Origin: Callorhinchus milii
Lineage: Eukaryota
Reading direction: 5' to 3'
DNA: 64,000 nucleotides
NCBI RefSeq assembly: GCF_018977255.1
Contig: NW_024704743.1
Span: forward strand, 113,338,001 to 113,402,000
Every line of letters begins with the position of its first letter. Position 1 is the first letter of the stretch. A program made the translations under genes and the position numbers. Of this stretch, positions 1 to 13,899 are shown piece by piece. Under the pieces are notes generated by a model that worked only from the letters and a program-made list of their open reading frames with translations, had not been told where the DNA came from and searched no databases.

Positions 1-840
1 CACCTTTAATCCTGTGGGAGGACAAAAAAAAACTACACCTTGAGAAAGGGTAAATTCTGGTTGACTTTAATAATAAAAAATAGCTGCATTTGATACAGCT
101 CCTTGGATGTCAGGAGGACATCACAGAGCACTTAAATTTTTTTTTACTGCAATTGTATTTGAAGGCAAACTCAGCAGCCAGTTGACACAAGGCAATGTCC
201 CATAAACAGCCATGATGTGAAGGACAATTTTGTCGATTGTTGGCCAGGACAAGAGGATAGACACAGTACTGCAAGGCACTTTTGGTAACAGAACAACAAA
301 ACCATATTACATTTGTGTAACACCTTTCACGTCAGGAGGATGTCCCAAGGCGCTATCTATGTCCCAAGATTTGGAGGAAAAGGCCAGTCACTGGGGAAAG
401 GGTGGGAGAGAGTGCATACTTCATTCCAGACAAAATGTTCATGCATTGGTAGCATATATATATGCGACTCTAAGTGATTTGGATATTCCTAAGCATGTTG
501 ATGGGTTTCCATTCAAATCAAGAAACTTGATGGATCCTCCCCCCAAAAAATTGGGGATACAGGAGAAAACCTTTATTCTTCCATTCCTCCATTCCTCAAA
601 AATGCATTTCCCACAGAGTTTTCCACTGTTCAGTACAATTATCATGACATCACATTATACACAGTGCTATAAGCACAGGAAGAGAATAACGTTAACATCT
701 AAGATTCAAAATCATTGCAACTGCTTAACTGCACGTTCCTCGAGCTCTTCAGAAAAAAAACCTGAGAAAAGCAGTTTTCTACATAAGAAATTTCAACTGA
801 TCTGGATGGTTTAAACGAAAGGCACATATATACAAAGGTA

Positions 841-2583
841 CAGTGAACTCCTGATAAGACTCTGCCTCATATTTTCTGCATTTTCTCCTGTGAAATTTTT
901 CTATTTTTTGTTACAGCTTTTTCTGCCTTGTCTAGATTTTGTTAGTCTCTGGCAAAGTTTGCACAGTGCATGCTTCTGTTGCCTTCTGTTGTAGATTTGA
1001 GTCTGAGTTTAAGCCATTGTCAGCAGGTGAAACGGGAAGGAGTTTAAAGACTCGACATCAAGATATTTCTGTTCATTCTAACTTGGCGTGTGAGTGAGAT
1101 ACGCATACAATTGGGGGAGCCAAAGATTAGGCTGGGAAAGCATTAGAATCTAACAGTAAAAGCTATAAACCTCAGAGATTGTACATGGCGTCCCTGTATT
1201 CCTCCTGTGTGCTGTGTATTCGCCCTCTGCGCTGTGTATGCGAATGACACACATTCTGCCTCCACCATTAATTCCATGTCGCTGTCTCTTCCAACAGTCG
1301 ACCTGTCAGATGGCAAGTCTCGTCAGTCACTAAGTGCTGTCTCCCTCCCTGCTCCGGCTACTACTCACTTTGTAAAATGGAGCCCTGTAGCTCAGTGGTT
1401 AGAGCACTCGCCTCGCAAGTGAGAGACCTGGGTTTGATTCCTGGCAGGGTGAAAGCTTGGGCAAGTTTCCTTACTCCACATGCTTGATAATAATCCCTCA
1501 AGAAAACAAACCAAAAAATATAATTTGGTCACTGAATCCATGATTGTTTGTGGGACACTGCTGTGCGCAATTGGCTGCCGCGTTGTGCCCACAAATGTAG
1601 AGTCAGTTTACTTTACAGTCCATTCTGTGAAGCGCTTTGAGACGTCTCGAAGACATGAAAAGCCCTATATCAAATGCAAGGATTATTATTATATCATCAT
1701 GTTGTCAATACCCTACCTGTTTCCTCTGCAAAATGAGAATAAGGGCCCCCCACCCCCATCTATTTCATCACTCCGCTTATAACATACAGTCACATTCTGT
1801 ACATCCCAGTGAGTAATATCGGATATATGATCAGAACAAACTTACGTGCATTGCTAAAACAGCCGCGTGCTGGGATCTCTCATCCCACTTACCGAACTCG
1901 TGGGAAAAGTTTGCCCTTGCCCTCAGCCATCACGTACTCAGCTATTTTGGCTGTTTTGGCAAAATCTGTGAGTAGAAATTTTAGATTTTGCTTTCTGTGA
2001 GGTTCTGCCTGATTGTTCAAGTTTGAGTGATTCAGGTTGTTAAAATGAACAAAATGAACAAAAGGTTGTACATTTGAAGAACAGATGAGTGATTTCCGAT
2101 TGTTTTGGCTTTTTGAAAATGCCTGCAGGGTATTTTGTTGATGGCAAATTGTTTATTGCATAAAGATTTTTGATGTTCACAGATAAACTGGAAGTACAGT
2201 GTCTTTGTTCTTTCATACACTGAAAAGAATCTGAAAAACATCTGAAAAATACAGTTTCCAATATAGTAACAGAAATAAAGCAATAGGAATCAGAAAACAA
2301 GTTCATTTATGGACACATATGTCCATACATAAGCTTATACTGTACTTAAACAAATTTCAACAAATAAACTGACAGATGTGGAGCAGGGTCCGCTCTGTCA
2401 CGCTGACAGTGCATTGGTGTAGGTCCTCCTGGCAACAGTGCCCCCTATTGGACCCGGAGGATTCATGCCTATGTAGTCATTCTGGATATGCAGTTACTCT
2501 GGATATATAGTCACTGAACTCTTTTTCATTCGAGTGAGACCCCAAAAAATCCCTTGGAGTGACAATATATCAGGAGTTTACTG
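841..2583. mobile_element. Decayed Tc1/mariner-superfamily (Tigger/pogo-like) DNA transposon
   Basis: Terminal inverted repeats CAGTGAACTCCTGATA (841) and TATCAGGAGTTTACTG (ending 2583), one mismatch, each flanked by TA. No intact transposase; contains a SINE. Confidence 0.6.
1379..1693 (+). mobile_element. tRNA-Ala-derived SINE, full length
   Basis: Head GGAGCCCTGTAGCTCAGTGGTTAGAGC with A/B boxes, central GCGCAATTGGCTGCCGCG, 3' stem-loop and (ATT)n tail. Confidence 0.9.
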
Positions 2584-2699
2584 TAAAAGTTTACACCATA
2601 TGCAGTTGGAAAGAAATAAGCAATATTATAGCTTCTAAACCCCTTTCATAAAACAGATACTAAAGAATATTTCCCAACATATTCCAGGAATGTGAGTAT

Positions 2700-2811
2700 A
2701 TAATAATAATTCTTGCATTTGATATAGCGCTTTTCATGTTTTCTAGACGTCACAAAGCGCTTCACAGAATATACTGTAAAGTGAATTGACTGTATATTTG
2801 TGGGCGAAACA
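2700..2811 (-). mobile_element. SINE 3' fragment
   Basis: Reverse complement of the SINE tail (aataattcttgcatttgatatagcgcttttca...gtgggcgaa). Confidence 0.8.
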
Positions 2812-5800
2812 AACAAAAAAAGTATCTGGCAGTAATTATCCAATTTCTGTTACACTTTGTCAATGTATCATGCTTATTGTTGATAATCACTTTATTTCCT
2901 TCTCTAGATTCATCCTGACGTCTGCTCTCTCATACATCTATTAATTTAACATTCCATTCCTGCAATATTTCCCAATATTTCTCATTTTGGGAAGAATGGT
3001 TAATTGAAATAATTGCAATATGTACCCTTACTAACATAGTTTCAGACTTTGGTCCGTGTTGAATCTATTCCGAAATGTAACAAACCTTCGGTAATAATAC
3101 AGCTTGAGAACAAAAAAAACTTCAAGTTAAAGGGGAGAATTTCTCCCTATAAATGCCTTAACAATAGTTCTTTTGAGTGTTGTATCCAACTGTTAAAGTA
3201 TGTCAAGTTGTGGTGAAATCAAACAGAATTTTGTTTTCTAACTGTGAAAAATATGTGCCGAGAGCAGATTTCTCAAATCTTTAAACTTGAATACTTGAGG
3301 ACATCATTATTCTATGGATTATTCTATGGAATGAGGAATTTCTCTACATGATGTTTCTCACTTATGTTTTTCTTGAAATATGAATCATGCCTAAGAAACA
3401 ATAACAATTTAAGAAACAAAAAGGATTTTTTAAAGAAATATGTAGCTAAATAAAAGATGCTCACACAGAAAGTACCCGTAATGAAGTGCACATGGCATGG
3501 TTTAAAATACTACATAAGTCAGTGAGTATCTGGCAGTAATTATCCAATTTCTGTTACACTTCGTCAATGTAACATGCTTATTGTTGATAATCACTTTATT
3601 TCCTTCTCTAGATTCACCCTGACCTCTGCTCTCTCATACATCTATTAATTTAACATTCCATTCCTGCAATATTCTGTATGTTAGTATTGAGTGCTAAATA
3701 AAATGTTTTTTTAAAGAGATAATATTTTAGTGTTAAGACATAATAAGTAAATTGAATTTGGATTAAGCAAGGCTTAATAATGAAGAACCGCCTATATTGT
3801 GGATAACTTAACATATGGCTTGTTCATTAGGAAGCCAACAAATCTTTAGCACATTTTAAAATTGCAACATGGGTTTCAAAATGGACTTTCCGTGTTTCTA
3901 ATTCAAATTTACAAAGGGTCTTAAAGCTGGAATGGTAACTTTCTTTCCACCAAACATTAGACAATTCATGATCAGTTAATTTTTAATGCAAATAGAAATG
4001 AAGTCTGATGGTACATTACAAAAAATAAGAATCTTTCAAACCTACAATCCTTTTACTGTAATGAAGTATGTGTGGCATGGTTTAAAATACTACATAATGG
4101 GGGCAGGTGAAAGAGTTAGCCTGCACAGCACACAGCAGATATTACCCAGTGAATCCTGCTTCTACAAGGCTTTGTTTCTGGAATATTTCAGCATTTATAA
4201 TATATCATTATAAATCAATAACCCTAACCCAAATCAATATTATCAACAACAAACTTCCTTCTGGGAGTTTAGCATTCTGTACTGACAAGCTCTTTTCATA
4301 CCATATAATCCCAATTATTATGTTCATTACCTGATAACAAAATACACATTCATTTATCTTGTGCTCTATAGTTATGAATTCACACTCCAATTTTTTAAAA
4401 ATGGTGCACAATTTCTATTATAGATACCTTAACGCAGTACAATAAATATACGCTATTTGTTTAATAAACCCACTCAATATTCTAAAGTTTAAATGCATCA
4501 TTATTTAAGTTTGATTGTAATTAAATGTGACTTTGTATCTTTAAGTGTGCAATGTTCATAAATGATATAGAGTCAGAGCATGCTGTGGCAGTGTGCTGAA
4601 TCCTAGGATGTAAGTTCATGTCCCACAGTGCAAGCTCTCAATCTCAGTCATGTCATTACAGGAAGATGTTGAGTGGATAACAAATATTTCCGCACAAGTA
4701 GGAAACGAGGGATAATTCAAGGCTGAGTTAATCCAGGCTGCTCTTATACAGACACGTTAAGAGCATTATTAGCAGAGGTCTGGAAACAGACTGTCCTCTT
4801 CTGGGCCAGGGATAACACACAAGTTAGGAAGACATCTGGAGGCAAGGGAAAATGTATATGCAAGAGCAATTAATGTAGGGAAACAAAGATGCAATACCCA
4901 TGAAATAATCTGTATACAAGAACATCATCCTTGGAAAACAAACGCATATTTTTGGAAACTGTATCTTTATAAGAAATTTGACTCTGCTGAACGTGTTTAA
5001 GTTGCTATATCAATGTTACCATACCCCCAAGGTACTGAACATATTTAAGAAAATTAGCATAAGCTAATTACTGTATTAAACACTGCTATTTTTTGAGTTC
5101 CTGAGCTGCACCATTTACAATTGAAATCTCATAGGTATCAGGCAGATCTACTAATGCAGAACTTCACCAGATGTAATTAGATCACTTGTTAACAAGTGTT
5201 ACAATCTGCATTTTAAGACATCTGTATTATTTTTAACTGAAAAGAAAACTAGTTATTTTGTACAACATGATAAAAAGGAATCAGTTGTCCTACCATGGAT
5301 CACACTTGGTCAATGATATGAAATTATTGTTTTCAAGGTTGCTACTTTTAAATGTAAACTTTTCTGTAATTTCTAAAATTTGTCCTGGTTTACTGTAACT
5401 CTATGCACTTTTTTTTAGACATCATTAACCCAAAGTCAGCTATTAATATAAATTGCTTTCGAAATACTGTAGTACTTTATGTGGGATCGACAAATTAAAA
5501 AACAACACTGTGACCAGTCATTAGTGGTTTTACTATATATTAGTTATATATTATTTGACTTTAGACTGGGAATTGGCATGAGTGAATAAAAAGCCAGCAA
5601 TAAACCTGAGTAAACACATAAAATAAAATTGGTAATTAGAGGCCCTCTGGTTCATCCAGTTTCTTTTGCCATAATTGCAAACTAAACATGAAGAGTTCCA
5701 GTTGAGCCATGCAAATGTCTTACCCATCCCTTCACAGTGCATTAGCAGATTACGTAAAATGATAGAAGAGATTACCCTGAATCACATGACCTGTTTACGT

Positions 5801-7919
5801 CATAGATAATCTTTTGATTTCCTCGTCTTCATCTTCCCAAGTTCACCTGTTTATAAGGTAAATGAATGCGTTTACTGTTTTCCACATTATGCCACTGTTT
5901 TAAAATAAAATAGGCATTAGCAAATTTTAATCTATCACACTAACGTGACAGTTTTAACACAAATAGACTACAAACAGAGAGAGAGACTATACAGTATTGA
6001 AAGTACCCTTTCATCCCAGTTTTTCTTCTTTCTCTTCTAATGAAAGGACTGACACAAACCAGAGTTAAGTGTGTTGCAGTCAGATATTTTTCTGGAATTA
6101 TATGAGTTTAACAATACGTTTTAAGATCATTTTATGCTATAAATGAATAAATTGGTATGTTCAGTTCAAAGTCCTCTCTAATTACAGTTTTGATATTAAA
6201 CAGATAACCAGACATTTGTTTCACACAAAGTCAATGACACACTTTACAGATCTCATACTTAACAGTTACAGAGGCAAAATCTGCATAAAAGGGTTAAACA
6301 GTATAAAGTTGACTTCACGTAATGCCAAACAATCAACTCTATATTCCTATCAACAAAACTTAACACTATAGATATAATGATTCCAGATATTTTCCTACCC
6401 CTGTGAACCCGAAAACTCAAATGTAAATTTTCAGCAGAATCCAGCAATCTTTTGACTTGAGATTCCAATGGTTTCACTGCCTCCTCGTTATGTACTTTAA
6501 ACAATTTTTTCAAAATTTTAGAACTGTTGATCTTCAACTTCGTTAAATCCATATTTTTAATAATGTACATACAAGTTCAAACATATGGCTGCTTCACCAT
6601 CAGTTTAATCACCCATGAAAATAAGACCCTTCTCTACCTATTTTTAGTATAATTAAATGCAGAATGAAGGGTGCGGAGATTAAGGGCTGTAAGATGAGGA
6701 TTAATTGGATAAAAATCAGAAATTCAATACAAGTCAGTGAAGAGCCATTGAAACACATTCCCAAAGAAATCCTTGGATATAAAGCGGAGTCGTTGTTTTA
6801 CAACACAAGATTTCCTAAATTCAGATAATTCAAAATCTTGAATGTGAGTAATTTCAGGCTTAAACGTTGGTTGATTTTCTCCTTCTGAACCTCTCTGAGG
6901 TCAACTGTGGCCCCAGCAGAGATCAGTTTAGCCAGCACAGAACGGAATTCAAACAGCGAATGTCCTAATTCTTCACAAGGCAGTACATTTACCCATTTGT
7001 TCATTTACAAAGCTCTAGTATTTATGTTTAAAGGCAAATTGTCATTTCCTTTTCAGCAATGATCAACTGCATCTAAAAACATTGAATCACAAAATACTTG
7101 TAGGAATCTATAAGGGTACAGTTCAATCTGTGAAAACAAATGTTTGTCTCATGACCTGTGATATTTGGAGCTATACAAGTATTTGCTGGTTTATCTAAAA
7201 ATATATTTTTATACTGTGGCTTTTCACTTTCAGGGAAATCCCTGTACTGGTTTACTCATGACCTTTTGCATTTTTGATATTTTATTAAAGCGGATCTTGT
7301 AAGACATTATTTTAAGAAGTTATTTAATTCTTAAGAAGACTTTCACATTTGTTACTCTATTTTATTGCTATTTTGGGATCATTATTAGATGTATGAGCAT
7401 GAGAAATCAAATTCCCTATGGACATCCACAATGAACTAATGTTCTTATTATCAGAAATAAGAAAGAATAGCCCTCGGCACAAGTAAAACATTATAGGGTT
7501 AACATTGCGTGCCTTACTGTATCAGAAAAATAGAAAAAGTAACAGAATTCAACGAGAAAAATAAGATGTATTTTGTCTGTACCATGCTACCCGCATCATC
7601 CCCTTGGGCTTTCGGGAAGAAGCTATTGGAGACCTATCGGATACTTACTATTCATTCAAACAAAATAAATAGAAGAAATAAATAATAAATAAAGGAGAAA
7701 CAAAACTATATACATTTACAGATTTCTTTGTTTTAAAATAAGTTACCCAGCATTCATAACATTCTAAAATAAAATACGTACAATAGTTTTGGGGGATAAA
7801 AAGTCCACCATCTCTCTTTCTTTTTCTCCAATATGTGTCTACTTTATACAAGAAATTACAATGTGTAACAAATTCAAGTGTACCCATTAAAAAGTCAATA
7901 GAATTGTATTCATGTGCTT

Positions 7920-8316
7920 CTCCTCAGAGAATTGAGTACAAAACCCTCGTTCTCACCTTTAAAGCCCTCCACGGTCTTGCTCCCCTCTACCTCTCCGACT
8001 TCCTAACCCCATATCAGTCTGTTTGCTCTCTCCGCTCAGCGGACACCGGCCTCCTTCAGGTCCCCCACATTTTCTGCCCAACCATTGGCAGTCAGACATT
8101 TAGCATCTCTGCCCCACACTCTGGAACTCTATCCCACAATCCTTCTGCCTCACCCCCTCTCTTGCCTCCTTCAAGCCCCATCTAAAGACCTTCCTCTTTA
8201 ACCATGCCTTCATCCCTCTTAACCCCAACTCAGGTCCAAAAACTCCTGACTATCCAGCGTCCTGGGATGTCTTTCCGATGTGAAGGGCACTATACAAGTG
8301 TAATTTGTTGTTGTTG
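7920..8316 (+). mobile_element. L2 LINE 3' fragment
   Basis: RIEYKTLVLTFKALHGLAPLYLSD C-terminal L2 motif, 3' stem-loop, (GTT)n tail. Confidence 0.85.
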
Positions 8317-8329
8317 CTTTCTCATCCCA

Positions 8330-9580
8330 ACGGTGTGCTTCGTAGTGGTGTTTGTACATCTCACCTACCTACATGAGTCTTGTTTTGGGGGTGCAGCAGA
8401 TGACTCTACGATATCTACCTGCGCAAGAGGGACGGTAAACAGATTGCCTTGTGTGTTCTGGTGGCCGGATGCCCCCTGCCATGCTCTGACAGAGAGAAGG
8501 AATCTGACCTTGCATGTTGTCACGTGGCCCCATGTGTCCATGGCTTCCTCATTGGATTGACATGTTGTCTCTGGTTGAATTGATTACATTCTGGCAACAG
8601 TAGGTGGATCTTGGCAGCTTGAACGGCACTATCCTGTCGCAGCTGCTCAGAAGGTACCTCAAATACTTTCAGCAGCTGCTTGATTGGATCTTTTTTCACG
8701 TCCGGTCTGTGGGCAGTGGACCTGGAATTATACTCAGCTGATCAGCAGGAGTAAAGGGTGTTCAAACACTCTGAAGAGAAACCTGACTGCCTTTGGTTGC
8801 TCAAATCACTCTACTGCTCCACCAGTTGACATGCCAGCTGCTCCTCTGAATAGATTGCTACTGCCATCTGTACATTTCTCAGCAACATCTGGACTGTGAG
8901 ACTGGTGGGCAGCCAGCCCTTACTTCAGTGTGAAACATAAGGGCTCTGCTAACCAATGCTACTGACTTTGCCACGGGTTTTCATAGGCTATTTGGTGACG
9001 TGTTAGTTTTCAATTACATTGGGTCATTTAAATGTTTTTACTTCTGATTGCTTAGTTAGTTGTAAATTTCTTTGGTGTAATAATTGTGAGGTCACCCCTC
9101 AGGCCATATGTTGAGACATATGTGTGAGTCACTGGTCAATTGTGCCTCACATGCTTTCTATAGAAGACTGTTGACGATGCACTGCACTTTCCAACTGGAT
9201 GTTGAATTCTTCTAATGCAATTAGATGCCATGTGTTTTGGGTGTTTTTTGTTTTGTCAACAAGGTGTCTAACCCATCACCATGCTTAAAGAGTAACCAAC
9301 CGGACAAGAGTTCCACATATGCATGGAACTTATACACCTATCCATGGAAATTTCCCTGAGTCTAGAATGGAATGCTCACTTAATTCTGGAAAGTATGAGG
9401 TGCAGATTGGCAAGAGCTTGGGAACCCCAGAGTGTGCATTTAGGTACTGCTAAAACTGCATAGTGTGCTTGCTACAGTGAGCATTGTCTGGCAAACTATT
9501 CACTGCTTGCCTAGCTAAGACCACCCTACCAGTTAGTCATTTGGCTTGCAGGGTTAACAGGAGCTGAGTGGGAAGAATGT
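8330..9580 (+). repeat. Old unclassified interspersed repeat, possibly the 3' end of a LINE
   Basis: 9270-9572 aligns by eye with 14025-14370, 57600-57890 (minus) and partly 46610-46740 (minus). A frameshifted C-x2-C...H motif (CLVC...HALTE) lies near 8445-8490. Confidence 0.45.
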
Positions 9581-9618
9581 TTATTCTTATTATTATTTTA
9601 TTATTATTGTTTATTATT

Positions 9619-9853
9619 ACGCCTAATAATAATCCCTCCAAAAACCAAAAACAATAATAAAAAATTGGTCATTTTCAATCTACGACTGTTTGTGGGATGT
9701 TGCTGTGCGCAATTGGCTGCCGCGTTCGCCCACAAATATACAGTCAATTCACTTTACAGTATATTCTGTGAAGCGCTTTGGGACGTCCTCCCGACGTGAA
9801 AAGCGCTATATCAAATGCAAGGATTATTATTATTATTTATTATTATTATTATT
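9619..9853 (+). mobile_element. SINE, 5'-truncated
   Basis: Matches the SINE body and tail of 21174-21498. Confidence 0.88.
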
Positions 9854-11734
9854 CACTGAGATCAACATTAATATACCCCTGTCATCATGTTCCTGAAGCT
9901 AAAAATCATATTGTTGTGGTTGCTGATGGCCACATCATGGGCAGTTCTGGAAATTCTGATTAGCTGTTCTTTAGAGGTTCAATTCTTGCCCTTCCAGACA
10001 CTATTGTTTCACTCTTTTAACTCTTTGAGTCCTGTAACTATCGGTGTAAGTCCATCAGAGTTTTGGACTCAATTTGCCTTAACATTTGGTTTTGCAAAGC
10101 AGTTTAAGAGGAAAACTGAGCTGGCCTGTAACTGTTTATCAAAGTTTAAAACAAAGTTATAACTGATCTTAATATTATGGGCAACATGCCCATTGTCTAG
10201 TTTTAGACACAAGATTATTGTGCTGCCATCTGGAAGATAATTTATATACATTATAAAGAGTATCTGGTAAGGAAAATTACAAATCATAGAAATACATTAA
10301 TGGAAACAATGTGAATTACTACAACAATCTACAACAACCCTTAAGACATCTAAAATAGTAGCTTTGTAATACTGTACTTCAAAGATTTCTGCCTTCACCA
10401 CTGTAATACTGCCATAAAAGGTAAATTGCATTTATTTCAAGGAACTGCCTAGTTTAACCATTTGTTTACACACAGTGCTTTGCTTACAATCCCACAAGCA
10501 GCCATGAAGTGAATGGCCAATTCTATCAGCAGGATTGTTGCCCAGGACACTAGGAGAAACTCCCTTCTCTTTTTGAATGGTCCCATGGGATCTTTAACAT
10601 CCACTTGAACAGGCAGACAGGACCTCCATTCCTCTTGATCCCAACCCTCAGCCAGGTCTGAATTCCTGACTATCCAGTGCCTTGGGACGTTCTCCCGATG
10701 TGAAAGGCACTATACAAGTGTAATTTGTTGTTATTGTCTCCTGTATGTTCTTCCGACCCCCACGGATCACTTTCTTTGTTGTAAATCAACACTATTGCTC
10801 AGCAAATGACTACAACAATTCATTTGTGATGCATTATCACAGGCACATTTTGCTGAATATTGTTGATTTTATTCTTTCATTTTTAAAAAAAATTACAGGA
10901 AATTATTAGCAGAGGGAGCTGTTACTGATATTGTGGGTTGAATCTTAAATATGTCACTATAGCCCAAGTGGGAGTATTGCCAGCCTGTGATAAACGAGTT
11001 GTAAAAACAGCTTGTCTGCAGATATATTTCTCAATTAAAGAACCCATAGACAGTCAATACTGTATTGTGTAATGTGAAGGCTAGTTACATTTTCTACAAG
11101 GATATACTCTACAGATAGTAAAAGTTAAAATAAAAAACTCCTCGAGTTGTAATAAATACTGTTTGATTCTATGGGAAAGAACAAAACCCTAATGTTCATT
11201 CAATGCGATTATGTTCACATTTCTGATTAAAACAAAAAAATCTATTCCTGTAAATTAGCGATTTCAATCTTAGTCTAGGGGCTTCATTTTAGTCACAGCA
11301 TTTACACAAAACAGGATAGTATGCACAAGCTGAAATATGCAAGTTTAAAACACAAAACACATTTACAAAATAGGAGAATTAACACAATAACTATACTTAT
11401 GCTACATGCCATAATACGGCAGAGAGATTGTGTGTTGAATGATGGCAGCAATTAATAAATCGCAATTCATATTAATCACAAACTGATGGCTATCCCACAA
11501 ACAGGACTATATTCTAGATTTTAAAAAATGCTCACTGTACATTTGATAGTGCTTTCATCAGGGAGCAATCAATTTTATAAAATCAGAGAGTAATTCACCA
11601 ATAAAGTATTCAATAAGTATTCCTAAATTTACCAACCTTGCCAATAAAATTTCTTACCAAACAGCAATGTTCTACATTGGAACTGCCTCACACACATAAA
11701 TATGCAACTAAAATATGCAAGGATAATTTATTTA

Positions 11735-12030
11735 ATAATAATCCTTGTATTTGATATAGTGCCTTATCACGCTGTCAAGAAATTTCAAAGTACTTCACAA
11801 GATATACTGTAAAGTGGTTTTGACTGTGCATATTGTGAGCAAAACACAGCAGCAACAAGGTCCCACAAACAACCATGAAGTGTGTGATCAATTCTATCTG
11901 GGGGATTATTGGCCAGGACACCAGGCAAAACTGCCTTCTGTTTTCTAATAGTCCCATGGGATTTTTAAAATCCACCTGAACAGGCAGGTGGGACCTCAGT
12001 TTAACATCTCATCTGAAGGATAGTAATCTT
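11735..12030 (-). mobile_element. Older Deu-domain-type SINE fragment
   Basis: ggccaggacacc...gtcccatgggat...ccacctgaacaggcag...cctcagtttaacatctcatctgaagga, plus the same L2-like tail. Confidence 0.7.
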
Positions 12031-13899
12031 CTGAAATGGTCATTAACAGTGGCTTGGAGCTGCCTAAGGTAAGTATTACAGCAGCCTGTATATACCTTCT
12101 TCACCAAGCAATAGATACTACTGTATTATCCGTCAGACTACTTTCAACAAGGGAATAATACAGATAATTAGTTCCACTTCCAAATAAGGTATTTGCCATT
12201 AATTTAAATCTTTATTGTGTTGTATAATTTGTTCTGGATATGTACAAATGAGCTCAAGTTGTGATTAAAACTTAACAATTCTCACATAATTTTGAAAACA
12301 GTGGAATTATTTTAAGTACCATTCAGTTTCAAACAAACTCTTTCCCTACTTATCATAGTCTAAAAGGCAATTTGGACTTTGATAGAAAATCTATGGGAAT
12401 ATCAAAAGAAGTAACTGCTTAAATTAAATAAATGTACATCAAGCAAAATAACTAAAATGCCTGTTTTTATTGGTATTTATCTGTGCTGATTCAATGAAAA
12501 TGCTATTAAAGTGATGCCAATAAGATAATTAACTTCATGATGCAATTCATTCCTGCAGCTTACTGATACAAAATATCAACAAAAATTATGGAATAAAAGA
12601 ATTGCCTTAATAAAAGAATGAACAGTGGAATAATATGAAGGAGAAAAAAAGTATGTTAATCAATGACCTTTGCAACTAATATAATAATAATCCTTACATA
12701 TGGTATAATGCCTTTCACAGGATCCCAAATCACTTCACAGGATATACTATAAAGTGTAGTGACTGTGTTTTGTGGGGAAGCATTTAATGATTGAGGCAAA
12801 CTTCAGTTCCAATCGCTGTAAAATGTAAATAGCATTTCTTTGCAGCACAAACACAATTGGAATTAATTCCAACGTACTTATGCACTAACAAATAAATATA
12901 TAAATCATAAGTTATGGGTACTTTCAATGTGTTTTTGCACTGTCATCAGTAAGTGCCAGCAAAATACTTTGGAGCAACGGATACTGAGAAATACAGTGAA
13001 TGATTGACGGTTCATGTTCACATTTTCTACATAATTTTCCACAAGATGGAAGGAAATATCAGAAGAACCATCACATTCCTAGGTCTCCTGTACATTACTT
13101 ATGAGAGGGAGGGGTTCACAGATGATGGGGAAAGGATTATTAAAATGGGGAGAAATTACATGAAACTAAAAAATAAAACAAATAAGAAATAACTTTTGAA
13201 AACTCGGAATAAGACACAAAGACCGTTATAGCGATTACTGAGTGCAGGCCACTGGTTCACAGGCAAATTCATTGCCGTCTTCAGTCTCCTAAAATACAAT
13301 GAAACAACTTCATGTTGTCACCAAAATAACATTCCTATTCTCCCTGAGAAAAAGTGATGAGCTTCAAAAGCATCTTATTCTTCAGTTATCCAAAATCTGT
13401 GGCCTAGAAGAGGGTCTGTTATTTTAAAGCACAAAATCAGTACAGCACATTGTTTTCCATGAATTTTCTTGATTTTAAAATCTTGTGGATAATACAAGTA
13501 ACCAAGCCTATAGCTAGTTATTATTCTAGCTACATGTAACATTCTGATGACTGAGTGATAAAGGTACAATCTGCTAGGATCTCAAATATTGTAATATCGC
13601 AGCATAATTAATCTACATTTGTAATTGGCAGCAATGTAGTCATAGCTCCTCTGCACTTGTTTATTTTTAATTTCTATTCGTGGGATGTAACTTGAATCAG
13701 GCCGGTAAGGTACATGAAGAACGAATGAAGTTAAATTGTTTTGGTATTCCATTGATGAATGTGCTTATTTTAAACTCAGGCACAGTAATCAGTCATAGTC
13801 TGGCCAAATGTTACACTCTTTAGACGAGTGTCGACACAAAATGGACACGAACAAAAAAAAAAATAACAAGCTTAAGATATTGCACTAACCTAGACAGTT

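Noticed and set aside
230..814. 194-aa ORF
   Set aside because: Non-ATG start, crosses SINE and L2 tail remnants, no recognisable domain.
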